DNA of 64,000 nt from the human T2T-CHM13v2.0 reference genome, Homo sapiens. Under the pieces are notes generated by a model, which was not told the DNA's origin, did not search any database, and saw nothing but the letters and a program-made list of their open reading frames with translations. The stretch is from assembly GCF_009914755.1 (NCBI RefSeq), contig NC_060925.1; one strand, written 5' to 3'. Position numbers and translations under genes: made by a program. Below are positions 44,655 to 59,574 of this stretch, piece by piece (the stretch's first letter is position 1; every line of letters begins with the position of its first letter).

Positions 44655-44952
44655 GGTTGGGTGTGTTGGCTCATGCCTGCAAGCAATCCCAGCGCTTTGG
44701 GAGGCTGAGGTGGGTGGATCACCTGAGGTCAGCAATTTGAGACCAGCCTGACCAACATGGTAAAACCCTGTCTCTATTAAAAATACAAAATTAGCTGGGC
44801 GTGGTGGCAGGCACCTGTAATCCCAGCTACTCAGGAGGTTGAGGCAGGAGAATTGCTAGAACCCAGGAGGTGGAGGCTGCAGTGAGCCAAGATCACACCA
44901 TTGCACTCCAGCCCAGGGGACAGGGCGAGACTCCATCTCAAAAAAAAAAAAA
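44655..44952 (+). mobile_element. AluSx-like
   Basis: Dimeric Alu; TSD AAATGCAATT. Confidence 0.9.
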
Positions 44953-45172
44953 TGCAATTAAATTTTATAACTTTATATCAATCCATCCTCCTCACTCGAT
45001 TCTTTCATTAATTCTAGTAATTTGTCTGTTGATTATTTTGCGTTTTCCATGTAGATAATAATTACATGACTTTTGTTTCTTCCTTTCCAAATCTAGTCTC
45101 TTTTATTTACTTTCCTATCTTCCTACACTGGCTAGGATCTTTAGTAAATTGTTGAATAGAAATGGAACTCTT

Positions 45173-45473
<301 letters not shown>

Positions 45474-46459
45474 GGAACTCTTGTCTTATTTTTGATTTTT
45501 AAAGGAAATGACTTTAACATGTCTTCATATTTTAAAAAGTTATCCTTGATCAGGTTAAGGAATTTTCACATGAATAGTTGTTTGGTTCTACTGAAATTTT
45601 TCCTGGATTTATTGAGATGATCATATGTTTTTTCTTCTTTAATGGGGTAGTATAGTAAATTGAATCACCGGATTTTGTAATGTTAAACCAACCTTGCATT
45701 CCTGGAATAAACTCAACCTCATTATATCTTATCTTTTTATGCTTTGCTGGATTCAGTTTGTTAATATTTTGGTGAATGTTTTACATTTATATTTTTGAAT
45801 TAATGAGTGTGAAATGGCCTGAAATCTTTATGTTTGTGACCTGGTTTAATGGGTTTTGGTATAAAAATTAAGTTAGTTTTATAAAATAAGTTGGGTAATA
45901 TTGTCTTTTATATTTTTCTCTGAAAAGAGTTTAAGTTTGAAATAATTTATTTCTTAAATCATTGGATGAACTCTTCTGTATCTATCAGGACTTAGTGGGT
46001 TCTTAAAAATGGGGATATTTGAAACTATTTCTTTAATGGTTATAAGACCATTTAGATTTCTTTTTTTATAAAAGTCAGTTTTGGCAAGTTGTATTTTTCT
46101 AAGAATTTGTCCATTTTATCTAAGGCTATTCAGAAGCATGTTTTAAAATGTCTAAGCCTGTGTTTTTGTTTACTTGTTTGTTTCTTGTTATCTATTTGCT
46201 ATTGATTTCTGACAGAACAGATTCTTTGTTGAGATCTGCTTTAAGCCCTAGTATACAGTAATTTTTCGTAACTGTAGCATGGGGCCAGAAGATTTTTTTT
46301 AGTGCAGTGTTCTACATATGTCAATTATAGTAAGCCTATTAAATGCATTCAAATTGTCTATAATAGAGTTGTTTGCTAGAACTTTAAGCAATGATAGAAA
46401 TATTCTCTATCTGTGCTGTCCAATACATAGCCACTAGCCACATGTGGCCAACTAGTACT

Positions 46460-46745
46460 TGAGAGGTAATTTGGTTTAGATGAGGTCATGAGGGTGAGAC
46501 CAGCCTCACGGAATTAGTGCCCTTATAAGAAGAGACACCAGAGTGTTCTCTCTCTCCTTTTGCTATACGATCACATGGTGAGAAGGTGGCTGTCTACAAG
46601 TCAGGAGGATAGCCTTCATCAGAACTTGACTATGCTGGCACTGTGATCTCAGGCTACCAGTCTCCAGAACTGAGAAATAAATATCTCTTGTTTAAGTCAC
46701 ACACTCTATGATATTTTGTTACGGCAGCCTGAGCTCAGTAATATA
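46460..46745 (+). mobile_element. MLT1A/B-like MaLR LTR fragment
   Basis: TTAGATGAGGTCATGAGGG...CCTTATAAGAAGAGAC...TTTGTTACGGCAGCC. Confidence 0.7.
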
Positions 46746-48119
46746 GTATAATACATTACACTTAGGTGTAGAAATTTCAACATTGCTTTGTGATTTAATG
46801 TAATTCTTAAATAGTAATTAGGCATCAGCTAACTCAGCCCTAGCTACAGATGTGAGGGTTCCTTGGAGGAAGCCCAGGAACTAATGGGGCTGGGAAGAAG
46901 GAGAAAGAAGGACTCCTTTACACTTTCTTTCACTCAGCATGTCTGTTCTGAAGTGATTTACATAAAAAGTGTTCTGCTGTAAAAAGCCTGAACACAACTG
47001 TGTTAAATAATACATATATATGTTTGTGTGTCTATTTGAGAATTTGCTTTATAGCAAACCTGATTAATTTATATATCATATGTAATACACCTATTATATT
47101 TAATTATAATTATACATGTATTTCAAGTCTATTTAAATAAGTGATATTCCTTCTCAAGGAGCAAAGTAAACCTATAGATCTTAGATATTTGATATTGCCC
47201 CTCCCTCAATGACAGTGAACCAAACTGTAGGAATGATGTCTAGAAGAAAAAACAATTCCACCCCTATGACATGGGGCTGAACTTGAATTTCCAAACCTGT
47301 TAATAGAAGGACAGAGTCAGAGGTTTCAAGCCCTTCGGAACAGATGCAGGATGGCTTCTCCAAGAGCTACCTACTTCCTCCCCTAAAGGATGGTCAGTTA
47401 GAAGCTGGTGATGAACCTGTGGGCAGAATCCCATGGCAAGGCAACAGCCCCACAGGAACAGTCTACCCAGTCTGTGGCAACAAGTAGGGAATATTGCCCT
47501 CCTGTGATGGTATCGTGGCCTCAAAAGAGAGGGTCAATGGGAAAGAGTAGCAGGAAGCAGGCTTTGCTGCCAACATGCTCCCTGGTGGGGCCTCACCCAG
47601 TTAAGGCAAAAACTAAGAGGATCCCTGAGGTTCCTGATAACTCTGGTATGGAGCCAGCCAGGCCAAGGAAATCCTCAGTTCCTGCCTGAATCAGGAACCA
47701 CTGGCTATCACAGACAGTTGGGGTATGATTATCACTAAAAATCCCCTGTAGGGCACAGTCTCAGGATGAGAGCTCCCACCTCTAGCAGCTCTCACATGTT
47801 GATTCAGGGACTCAGGATAAGGCTGGGAGCCACCACCCAGAGGATCCTTCCCTCCACCCTGCACTCAGCCCTCTAGGGGCAGCAGGCGTCTCTTCACCCT
47901 GCTGGGACTGATCATCTAGCCTGCCCCAGCAGACCCCGTCAGTATTCCCACCAGATTTCTTCACTGGGTAATATTTGCAAGGCTGAGGAGTAGAGGGCAA
48001 AGTGCTGAACTGTGGAACAAACAGTAGCTGTGGATTTTTATGAACCTCTTGTTTCCTCATTCAGCTTATAAACTCTTGATGGGAAAAGACTGTGCTTCCT
48101 ACTTATCCTCACCCCACCC

Positions 48120-48240
48120 CTTTCTCTCCCTCTCTCCCTGTCTCTTCCCTCCCTCCCTCCCTCCCTTCCTCTATCCCTCTCTTCTCTCCTTCTTGCCCTT
48201 TTCCCTGCCTCCCTCCCTCCCTTCCTTCCTTCCTTCCCAT
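48120..48240. repeat. CT-rich polypyrimidine low-complexity tract
   Basis: Seen directly. Confidence 0.85.
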
Positions 48241-48659
48241 TTTTATCTAGTGCTTATTTACTTCACTGTGCTGCCCTTCCCTTATTTGTAAAATCACAAT
48301 AATAACAGTGTTTCCTAAACAGCTGCCATGTAAATCAGCTTACTGAGAATATGAAGTGAAGCCATCTTTGGAAATGTCTGGCACACAGTCAGTGCTTATC
48401 CACCCACCTTGTGCCCCATGAACGGTTTCCATGTTTGTCTTTGGGGGCTCATCAATTCCATGCACAGCAATAAGTCTTATTTATCTTTGTAGTCCCCATC
48501 ACACATAGCACAATGTTCAGGTAGAGTGTTCAGAGAAGGTTCGTTTAAATATAAAATAGATACATAGTAATAAGATATACAGAAAAATTGGGCTTTGATA
48601 TGTCAGTAGAAGACAGTGGTTAAAACAGGGGCTTTGCAGTCAGTGCAGAAATGGGGTCT

Positions 48660-49460
48660 TGGACTTCTCAAAAGAAGATATAGCAGTGACCAAGAAATAT
48701 GGAAAAACGTTCATTGTCACTAATAATCAGAGAAATGCAAATCAAAACCACAATGAGATAATGTCTCATACCAGTCAGAATGGCGATTATTAAAAAAATA
48801 ACACGCTGGTGAGGCAGAGGAAAAAAGGGAATGCTTATACATTGTTGGTGGGAATATAAATTACTTCAGCCATTGTGAAAGCAGTTTGGAGACTTCCCAA
48901 ATAACTTAAAACAGGGCTACCATTTGACCCAGCAATTCCATTACTAGGTACAAACCCAAAGGAATATAAATTATTCTACCAAAAAGACACATGCACACAT
49001 GCACTTATATGTTCATTGCAGTGCTAGTCACAAGAGCAAAGACATGGAATCAATCCAGGTGCCCATCAACAAAGGATTGGATAAAGAAAATGTGGTACAT
49101 AAACACCATGAGTACTATGCAGCCATAAATCATACAGCAACATGGATGCAGCTGGAAGCCATAATCCTACATGAATTAATGCAGGAACAGAAAACCGAAT
49201 ACTACATGTTCTCACTTATAAGTGGGAGCTAAACACTGAGCACACATGGACATGAACAGGGGAACAACAGACACTATGAACTACTAGAGGGGGTAATAAG
49301 GGAGTAAGGCATGGGTTGAAAAACTACCTGTTGAGTAGTATGCTCAGTACCTGGGTGACGGGATCCATACCCCAAACTTTAGCCTCATGCAATATTGCCA
49401 TGTAACAAATCTGCACATGTATCCCCTGAATTTAAAATCAAAGTTGAAATGAGTAACAAA
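48660..49460 (+). mobile_element. L1PB/L1PA-old 3' end fragment
   Basis: ORF2 C-terminus and 3'UTR homology (AGAAATGCAAATCAAAACCACAATGAG...). Confidence 0.8.
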
Positions 49461-50689
49461 AACAAATGGGGTCTGGGATCTGCTGTGTGGGCTCAGGTGC
49501 CTGGATCCCTAAAAGCGGGTATTCATCCTCACTCTCTGGGGTTGCTGTATGACACGTAATGAGTTAGAATGATGCCTGGCACATGGTGGGTACTCAATCA
49601 TAGTTACTGCTATTGGTCAAGATTACGGCAGCTTCCTTTCATTGCTCCCAATAGCTCCATGTTGAAGATTTGGCCATATACATCTATCTACAGGAAATAT
49701 TTCCTACTTGGACATATTCTTTGTGGTCTGGAAAGCTGTTAAAAGAGATTTTCCCAATGTAAAGATGTGAACTGTTCACACTGTACCGATGGTCTTACTC
49801 TAAGGCTTCAAAAATAGGCAGGTTGCCTTTCATACAGAAAACGGGAAGGTGCCTGCACAGCTGGTGCTTAGGGCTGCATGGTGACGGGGCTATTCTGGGA
49901 ATGAAGTCTGGTTGTGAGTTGCTTTTCCACAGTGCCTGAGGAGTAAACCAGCTTATCAGGTCTCAGGGCATTGGTAAGGTGGTCTTGTTCCTCAAATACC
50001 CTTCCATGCAGGTGGTACCTAATTTCACAATTAGATGTCCATCTCTTTGGCTTAGGACTAGCAAGAGAAATGCAATGAGCCTGATCAGTCATGAAGGTGG
50101 AATCTTTGTTCTTTGCTGCCCAGCATCCATTCTCCCTTTCTTTGGTCAGGTACCTTCCATTTCCCTCTGGGAACTAGCCTATCTCTGACATTCAGCCTGG
50201 CTCAGGAGTAGCAGTGAGTTCCCCAGACCATAGTTGAGGGACACAGGATTCAACCAGTGCCAGTGAGTTACAGCAAAAAATTTCCTAGGACTCTACTTCC
50301 TCCCACCAGACTTGAACCTGGCATATGAAGAGCTGGAGCTGCTGAGTCATCTTGCAACCATGTGCGTATAGGACCCGACTGAGAATGGAGGTAATATGGC
50401 AGAGGGCAGAGCCGAGGGATGATGGAAGAGACACTAGGTGCAGGTGATGTTGTTCAAGTCCTGGATCAAGCTGTGCCTGAAGCCTGAACCTAGACTTTCC
50501 AGATGCATGAACCAACAAATTCTGGTTTTCTTTTCTTTTTTTTTTTTGTAAGTTTGAGTCAGGATTACCGTTGCTTACAACCAAAGCTTCTAATGATATG
50601 GTCATTAATAGAGGATCCATTTTTAAAGAGAGTAAAGGGAGCACAAGAACTCAATGCCAGTAATGTTGGAGGCTCTGAATAGGTTGGAT

Positions 50690-51175
50690 AAGGGACAGCC
50701 TCAAGATGTCCATGTTTGAATCCCTGGAACCTGTGAATGTTACCTTATATGGCAAAAGGGACTTTGCAGATGTGATTAAGTTGAGGATCTGGAGAAGGGG
50801 TGATTATCCTGGAGTATATGAGTCAGCCCAGTGATCTAACCACAGGTGCCCTTATATGAGGGAGGCAGAGGGCCATGTTCCTCCAGAGAGGGGAGAAGGG
50901 GATGGTATGCAGTCAGCTTTGAAGGTGGTGGAAGGGCCAGAGACTAGGAATGCAAACAGTGAAAGGAACAAAGCTCTGGAATTCAGCAAAGGCAGGGGAT
51001 TTTCCCTGCAGCTTCCGGAGGGAGCAGAGGGAGAGTGGCCCTGTCCATACCTTGGTTCTGGCCCAGTGAAACTGATTTCAGACTTCCGGCCTCCAGAATG
51101 GGAAGAGAAGAGATCTGTGTTGTTCCAATACCCCCAGCTTGTGGTGACCTGTTACAGCAGCCACAGGAAGTTGCT
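50690..51175 (+). mobile_element. MLT1D-like MaLR LTR
   Basis: GAACCTGTGAATGTTACCTTATATGGCAAAAGGGACTTTGCAGATGTGATTAAG. Confidence 0.75.
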
Positions 51176-52561
51176 AGGGGGAGGGACCCATTCCCACTGG
51201 GTTCACTCTTGGGGCTGTAAGTCTGTCATCCTAGCTCAGACACAGTAGGGAGAGAGTCGGGGAAGAAAGGGGGCTGAGGGGGCAGAAAATAGGCTGTGGC
51301 CCCTGATTCTGTTTCCCCTTCATGACCTTTTTGCCCCCTCCTCAGGCCTGTCTTCCCTCTGGCCCCAGGGCTAAATGCTTACTTTTGGCTCCAATCCAAA
51401 CTTTTCCCTGGGAGGTGAAAAAGAAAAACGCAAATACTTGAGCTCACAGCGTTCTGAGAGGTACAAAACTGGTGAGGAAGACAGGATGTTTATGGAAGGG
51501 ACAAAAGCTTAGATCAGTGAGAGGTACCTGCGGCCCTTGGACCCTGTGAGACCTCCCCACATCCTGAAATGGCCTCAGACTGATTGTGGGAGAAAATATC
51601 TCAAAGCTGCCTCTGGAGTGCTCAAATATGGCCTGGTATCAACATCAGAGAGGCACCCATCTCCTCAATTTCTTCAATAACAAAGCGGCCTTAGCATCCT
51701 CACCACATTCCTCTGTGGAAGGCACCATTATTAACCTCCTTCATTTCACACAAGAGCCGAGGCTCAGGGAGGCTCAGCCACCCAGCAGGGTCACATGGGG
51801 CAGGTGGCTGAGCCAAAGTCTGACTCGGACACCAGCATCCTGAGCTACCCAGGGACAGCTGTGGTTTAAGGGTACTTAGTGCCTGCCCTTGTGGGATTCA
51901 ATAAAGTAATGCTTATTCTGAAAGAAAAAATAATCACATTTCCCCTAAACATTTTTATTTTCTTATTGGGCCCTTGGGCAGAACAAGGAACTGCCTCTAA
52001 GCCAAGGTCTGGGCTTATCTGGCTGCAGGGAGGAGTGACAGGTAGGGAGGGGAGGCCTGCCTGGCCCTGGCCCCCTTAAGCCACACACAGCCCACGGCGA
52101 AGCTTGGCTAAAGCCTGGCTTTGGCCTTGATGAATGCAGCCTGGTATAAGAAAAGGATTTTCTATCATTTGTTGGAAGTCAAAGGAATCTGGGTCCATCT
52201 GTGGTTGTCTAAGGACCCTAGAGCTCCTGTAGGAGGACCCGTAGGAGCCCTTATAGGATTCCGGGGCTGCTTCACTTAGCAGCATTTGGTACAAAGGAAG
52301 AGACCCTTAGAGAACCTAAAAACAGCCACCAATTTGGGAGTGCTTGGCATGTCTCAGGGACATATGCATGTTAAGATACACTTCATTTAATCCTCACAGC
52401 AACTCTTTTAGACTACCATTTTACAGGTAAGTCAACTGCAGCACAAGGTCATATGGCTAGGAGGAGCACAGCGCTTGGATTCTAACCAGCCACATCTGAT
52501 TCGGCAGCCCAGGACCCCAACTACCACTGACACACCACATCTTAGAAAAGTTCCACTTTTG

Positions 52562-52866
52562 GGCCAGGAACAGTGGCTCACACTTGTAATCCTAGCACTT
52601 CGGGAGACTGAGGTAGGAGGATCACTTGAGCCTAGGAGATTGAGACTAGCCTGGGAAACATAGAAAGACCCTGTCTCTACAAAAAAAACAAACAAACAAA
52701 AAACAACAAAAAAACCAGAAATTAGCCAGGTATAATGGTGCACGCCTGTAGTCCCAGCTACAGCAGTCCTTGGCTTGTGCCCAGGAGTTTAAGGGTGTGG
52801 TGAACTAAGATTGTGCCACTGCACTCCAGCCTGGGTGACAGAGTGAGACTTTGTTTAAAAAAAAAA
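52562..52866 (+). mobile_element. AluJ-like
   Basis: Dimeric Alu with expanded A-rich linker. Confidence 0.85.
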
Positions 52867-54129
52867 TCTACTTTTGAAGCAACAGAAATTGAGGAATGAT
52901 GAAGACATAGATGGAAGCATCCAGAAAATGAGGCTCTTTCTCCAGCCTCCTTCCAGGCCTTCCACCCTCCTCTTCCAATCTCCATATTGGCTGGCTGGCG
53001 CTCATCATAGAAAAATCAGTGTGAGAATAACATGTTCCTTTGCTGCAGGACTTGGCTCCCTTTAGGCCCTTGTATTCGATTTATTTATAATCTGATTCAC
53101 AAACGAAGAGCCAAAGCTGTCCGTGGAGACCACTTGGCCCACATGCTCTAAGTTCTAGTGCGGCCTCAGCTTCCCCGCTCTGAGACTGGGCAGAGATGCC
53201 AGCCAAGCCAGAGGCTGCTCGGCTCCCTGACGGTTGGCTCTCTAGTCTGGCCTCTTAAAGGTAAAAGCTGGTTCAAGTGCACCGTTTCCTTGTGCTTCTC
53301 TTTCACACAGGTGCCATGAAGCATTGTGTTGTTATCAAGCTGATCAGTTAGACTGAAGAGATGGACCTAATAAAAGGGTGGCTCCTGCAGCGACAGCTGT
53401 GTGGTCATGAATGGCCAGCCCCGGCACTTCATGCCAGCTTTCTCATTACATGCAGATGTGGGAGGGGGAGAGACCACCATCCACCATGGTTGACCCAGGT
53501 TCCTGTCACGGGCACAAACTCACAGGCTTCAAAGGCAATGGCTGCCTTTTCCTCTTACCGAGGACTTATTTAGCATGCTTGTCCATTTTACTTCTTTCTT
53601 TTTTCTTAGATGTGACATGAGGGCCAACTTGGGGAAAAAATGTGTGCTCAAACAAGAGGGATGCTTTAAATAGATGAGTGAGAATTGCCTACAAAGTCAC
53701 ATGCACACATGTGCATGCACGCGCACCGCAGATGTACATGTGTTGTGAAGGAACATGAGAGTGTATAGGCGACCTCAGACCTATCTAATAAAAGAAAAAG
53801 AAAACCCTCTCTTACACTTCTGTGTCTTTTACTAACTGTAAGGCTTAGAAGAATCCTAACTGGATAAGAAAGGTTAGTGTTCGTGTATATCTGATAAAAG
53901 TGACCTTTAGCCAGAGTGGTTTATGTTTTTCAGACGTCCTACACAGAGACAGTCTGTCTGGAAACCAGGTGGCTTTTTTTTTTTTTTTTTTTTTTTTGTC
54001 TATTCTAGGTGACATTTATGCCTGGAACCTTTCTCTTTGGCGGGTGCCAGGAAGCTGAGAGAGAGGAATCTCAAGCCAGGTATGAAATGATCTCCTTCTC
54101 TCTACAAATACCCAGGTGGGAGCAACTGA

Positions 54130-55300
54130 TTCACCAAGAAACACCCTTTGAGGATGTACTCTGTGCTGGGGACTGTGCTGGGCTCTGGGGCTCCAGAGGT
54201 GATAGGGCAGGTGTGCTTGCTGGCCTCACAGGGATTAAGAGATGCTGGGAAGATGGACACCAAGCCATAAGCAGAGGCGTGATGTGAATCACCAAGGAGA
54301 TGGGAGTACCAATGTCCATGACAGGGGATCTGGCCTAAGGGTGGATCTTGGAGAAGGCTTCCCTGCAGAAGGATGGTGAAGCTGAAGTCTGAAGAAGGGC
54401 CAGGGACAGCTAGGTGGGGCTGGGGAGGAGCTTCCAGCAAAGAAGGGGGCAGTTGGACAGGAACAGCACTGGGCAGGACAGAGGCCGGTGTGTTGGGTAA
54501 ACAGAAAGGTCAGTGCCAGAAGCACAGAGCAAATCTGGAGAGGAACGCAGGGACCAGCACATGCTGAGCCTTGCAGAATAGAGTGAGTGCTCTGTACTTT
54601 ATTCCAAGAAGCACAGGTAGTTACTAAAGGCTTAACGCCAGGGCAGTGGCATGGCTACTGAGGGGAGTAGGAGCTGTGGTGCATGCGTGGAAGCAGAAAG
54701 CCCAGGTAGGGCTATGACCACAGTAACAGGCAATGGTGGCTTGAGCCAGGGTAACAGCAGTGGAAATGGGAATGAGGTTTTCAGAAGGCAGAATAGGTAG
54801 AAGTTGGTGGTGGATTTGATAGGGTGGGTGGGGTTAGAGAGAGGAAGAAATCCTAATGCCTCCCAGGAGAGCAGTGATGTCATTTACTGGGACAGGGTGC
54901 CCTGGAGGAGAGTCTGGGGGTGAGCAGGGAGGGAACAGAGCTTATGTGGAACACGCTAGGCATAAATCACCTGGGAGGCATCCAAGGGATGTCCAAGAGG
55001 AGACGTCAAGAAGGCAACAGACTTGGAACTCAGCAGAGGGGGCTCGGTGAAGACAGGCACTGGGAAGCCTTAGCAAAAGAAGCTGACTGGAGCTATGGGG
55101 GTGCATCAATTTCCAGGAAGAGGAGAAAGCCTAGGATGGAGCCCTCCATCCTTCTACTCCAGTGGAGTTGTTGCTGGCAGAGAACTGAGAAGTTGTTGAG
55201 GGGACAAGAGGAAAATCAGGAGAATACGGTGTTCTGCAAGGCGAGAAAGGAATGTATTTCAGGAAGGTGGGGTTGGTCGCTGTGCTGAATGCTGCTAAGC
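54130..55300. mobile_element. L2 remnant
   Basis: Degenerate purine-rich L2-like sequence; boundaries approximate. Confidence 0.55.
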
Positions 55301-56825
55301 GTTACCTTTCTGCAAAAACCTTTGTCACCTTCTTGATTACAAATCCCACCACTGCCTCCAAGAAAGAGCGTTAATTCCTTCTGGAATATCAGGTCTCTCA
55401 CACACTTCTGCCAACATACCTCTCCAGACTCACCTCCCACAACTTCTCCCACCCAGTGAGGTCTGCCCACCAGCCACGCTGACGTACCCTCCGCCAACAT
55501 CATGGTAGAAGCGTGTCATTTGCTCTCCAGCATCGATTCTCCCTCTGTCAGTTTTTGTTTGGTGACCCCATTCCCACCCCCTCCAGTCCATCTGGTTCAG
55601 AGATCATGATCCACAGCCTTTGGTGGCGGGCATGTGACCAGGTCAACCATGATGAGTGCATCACCCTCCCCTGACAGTGAATGATGAGGAGTGGGGACAG
55701 AAATGTGACTCAGTTAGTTTGATCGGAGTGAATCTCCTGGAAGTTGTGGGAGAAAGACCTCATATTGTTTTCCAGTGGATCGGAGTGTAAAAGGACATGG
55801 CCCCAGCAGTGCTGGCAGCCACTGGGTGATTAGGAGAGAAAAGCTAATCTGGGAATGAGGTTAACACAAGAAACTGAGCAGAGCTGAGAGACAGAGAACC
55901 TGGCTCCAATGATGACATTGTATGATCCTTGCTTTAAGCCAGGCCAGAAGCCAAAGCGAATCTGGAATTTTGAGTCGTGAAAACCAATGAATTTCCTTTC
56001 CTTTAATTTTTGCTTAGGGTCAGGTTTTCAATGACTTGCCATAGAGTGAACCCATGAATTCTAACTAATAGATACATGCTATTCCTGTTACTCAGAATGT
56101 CTTCCTGCCTCTCCATCTGGAATATTTAACTGTGGCTCCTCAATGTAGCCTTTTCTGACTTCTCTGGGCACAGGCCTCCCACCCACAGAGCCCAGCATGG
56201 CCACATGTCCACTTTGGTACATGTCTGCTTTCTCCACTAGCCTGAGGACAAGGGTCACGTCTTGTTCACTTTTATAGTGCTGATTCCTCAATATGTGGCT
56301 CACAATAATCACTTATCAAATGTTTTCTGACTGACTCTCTGATTGAGTAAATGAATCAATAAACAAGTTATAAGCAGAGGCTCAATATTAAGAGATAGGA
56401 AGATGCCGAAGAAAGAGAAAAACGGTTAAATAAATGCTTAAACCAATGAAAAATTAAGTGTATCATCTTCAGTAGTGGCCAAGTACATTTTCAAAAGTTC
56501 ATCACTTTAATTATGAAAGTAGCCTCTCAAAAATAAAAAAATAAATGAAGCATGTCCTTGCTCCCAGATGGAATAAACTCATTTAGCTATGTTACATCAG
56601 AATCACTTCACAAAATCTGGTATTTGAAGTGCATTAGGTCGGGTTGGCTGATTTTTCCATAATTATATTAAATGTTCACCATCTACAGAATTTCATTCCA
56701 AACCCAAACAGTCCCTGGCACTTAATGAGCAGACTCCAGTGCTCAGGCCCAGGACCGGCTGCCGGCTTCAGTGCTTCGCTAGGTCATCGTTAGATGTCTA
56801 CGGAAAACATTCAGAGCGAGCCATC

Positions 56826-56839
56826 GTTACCGTGGTAAC
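56826..56839. promoter_or_regulatory. RFX X-box motif GTTACCGTGGTAAC
   Basis: Matches GTNRCC-N0-3-RGYAAC as a near-perfect palindrome; function untested. Confidence 0.5.
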
Positions 56840-58016
56840 AAGTGCAGGAGAGAAGAGGGTGACTGTCATACATAAGATGAGGATTATGGACAGGAAGCAC
56901 TGACAAGCCCCTAAGGAAACAACATGAGGTTTCCTCAGTTAAGAATGGCCGTCCAATATTCACATGCCAACAACTGAGTGTCACAACATCCAATAAGGAA
57001 ATATACAAAGCCCATTAGTTCTGGTTGCCAACTAAGAAGAAAATGCAGCAATCGCTGCCTCCCACTATTTTATAATTATGTGTATGTCTATACATATACA
57101 TAAATGAACCAGAACAGAAACCCATTGAAATATGTAAAGCAGGCAACATGGAGCTCAGTGCTACACATACTCAATGTAGGGTCCTACTCAGTCTGTGCTT
57201 TGAGTTTGAAATGCTTTTCAAGAAAATTCTGCAGCAACAAAACCAAAAGTAAACAAGTATGACCACATCAAACTAAAAAGCTTCTGCGCAGCAAAGGAAA
57301 GAATAGAATGAAAATTCAACCTATGGAAAGGGAGAAAATATTTGCAAACCATATATCTGATAAGGGGTTAATCTCCAAAATACATAAGAACTCCAACTCA
57401 ATAGCAAAAAACCACTAATACCTAATTTAAAAATGGGCTAAGGACTTAAATAGACATTTCTCCAGAGAAGATCTACAAATGACAACAGGTATAGAAAAGA
57501 TGCTCAACGTCATTAAATATCAGGGAAATTCAAATAAAAACCCCAATGAGATATCACCTCATACCTGTTAGGACGGCTGTTACTAAAGAAACAATAAACA
57601 AGTGTTGGTGAGGATGCGGAGAAACTGAAACCCTGGTGCACTGTTACTGGGAATGCAAAATGGTGCAGCCACTGTGAAAAACAGTATGGAAGTTCCTTAA
57701 AAAACTAAAAATAAAGCTACCATGTGATTCTGCAATCCCACTTCTGGGTATTTATCCAAGAATTGAAATCAGAATCTCAAAGTGATATTAGCACTCTCAT
57801 GTTCATTGCAGCAATATTCACAATAGCCAAGATGTAGAAAAAAGCTAAATGTCCATCAACAGGTGGATGGATAAAGAAAATTTGTTATATACATACAAGG
57901 GGCTAGAATTTTGTTCAAACTTAAAAAAGAAGGAAATTCTGCAATATGTAATGACATGGATGAACCTTGAGGACATTATTCTCAATGAAATAAGCCAGTC
58001 ACGGGAAGATACTGCA

Positions 58017-58704
<688 letters not shown>

Positions 58705-59260
58705 CTGCATGATTCCACTTATATGAGGTAGTTAAAATAGTTAAATTAATAAAATCAAAGAGTAGAATGGTGGTTGCGGGGGCTGGGGAGAAAGGAGAAT
58801 GGGCAACAGGCATAAAGTTTCAGTGCAGCAAGATAAGTTCTAGAAATCTGGTTTACTTATAGTCAATAATACTGTATTGTACACTTAAAAATTTGTTAAG
58901 TTGTATATATATTACCACAATAAAATAATAATTTAAACAATTCTACAAAGACTTTATTTTTTAGTGATGAATTTCTAATGGTCTTATCACTAGACTCAAA
59001 AATAAAGTGGGCTTATGGATATTGCTTTGTTAATTCGGTGGTGATTGGGACTTTCAAAGATGTTTTATCTATGTTTCCTGTTAGGAAATCGAGGATGGAT
59101 CGTGATTTTAAGCTCCTTGTTAATTCTGTCAATAATTAGTGGTCAAAATGGAAAATATTCATGAATGGCCAGTACATGGAATACAGAAAACCCCATGAAA
59201 AGCCTGAAAGAGAAAACAAATGAAAAGCAGAGTTCTGTGAGAGTTCTGTGCTGGGGGTAC

Positions 59261-59574
59261 CTTATCTGATTTTCCTCATCATTCACCAAGAAGAACCAGC
59301 GAAACTTCACAACCAACGGACTGCAGTTGGTGATGGTAACGTAGCGAATGAGCTCAGTATCGTTCAGGATGCAGCCAAAATCCAGCTCCTTTGTCTCAAA
59401 GCTGAGGTTGGGGTAATGCACTTCTCCGCGCAGGTCCAGGCTGTCTATCTGAGGGTGTTCCACATACTTAATTGCTAGAATTTCTTCTGCCACCCAGTTG
59501 TTCAGATCGTTTCTGTAGGAAGGGTCAAACTTGATCAGCAGGTTTTTTTCTTCATCAATTTCCAGTTTAATAGG
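59261..59574 (-). CDS. HYDIN: HYDIN/HYDIN2 exon ~23 (314 nt, PIKLEIDEEK...EENQIR)
   Basis: Acceptor TTTGTAG|CCTATT, donor AAG|GTACCC; phase 0-2; overlaps ORF 59143..59493. Confidence 0.95.
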
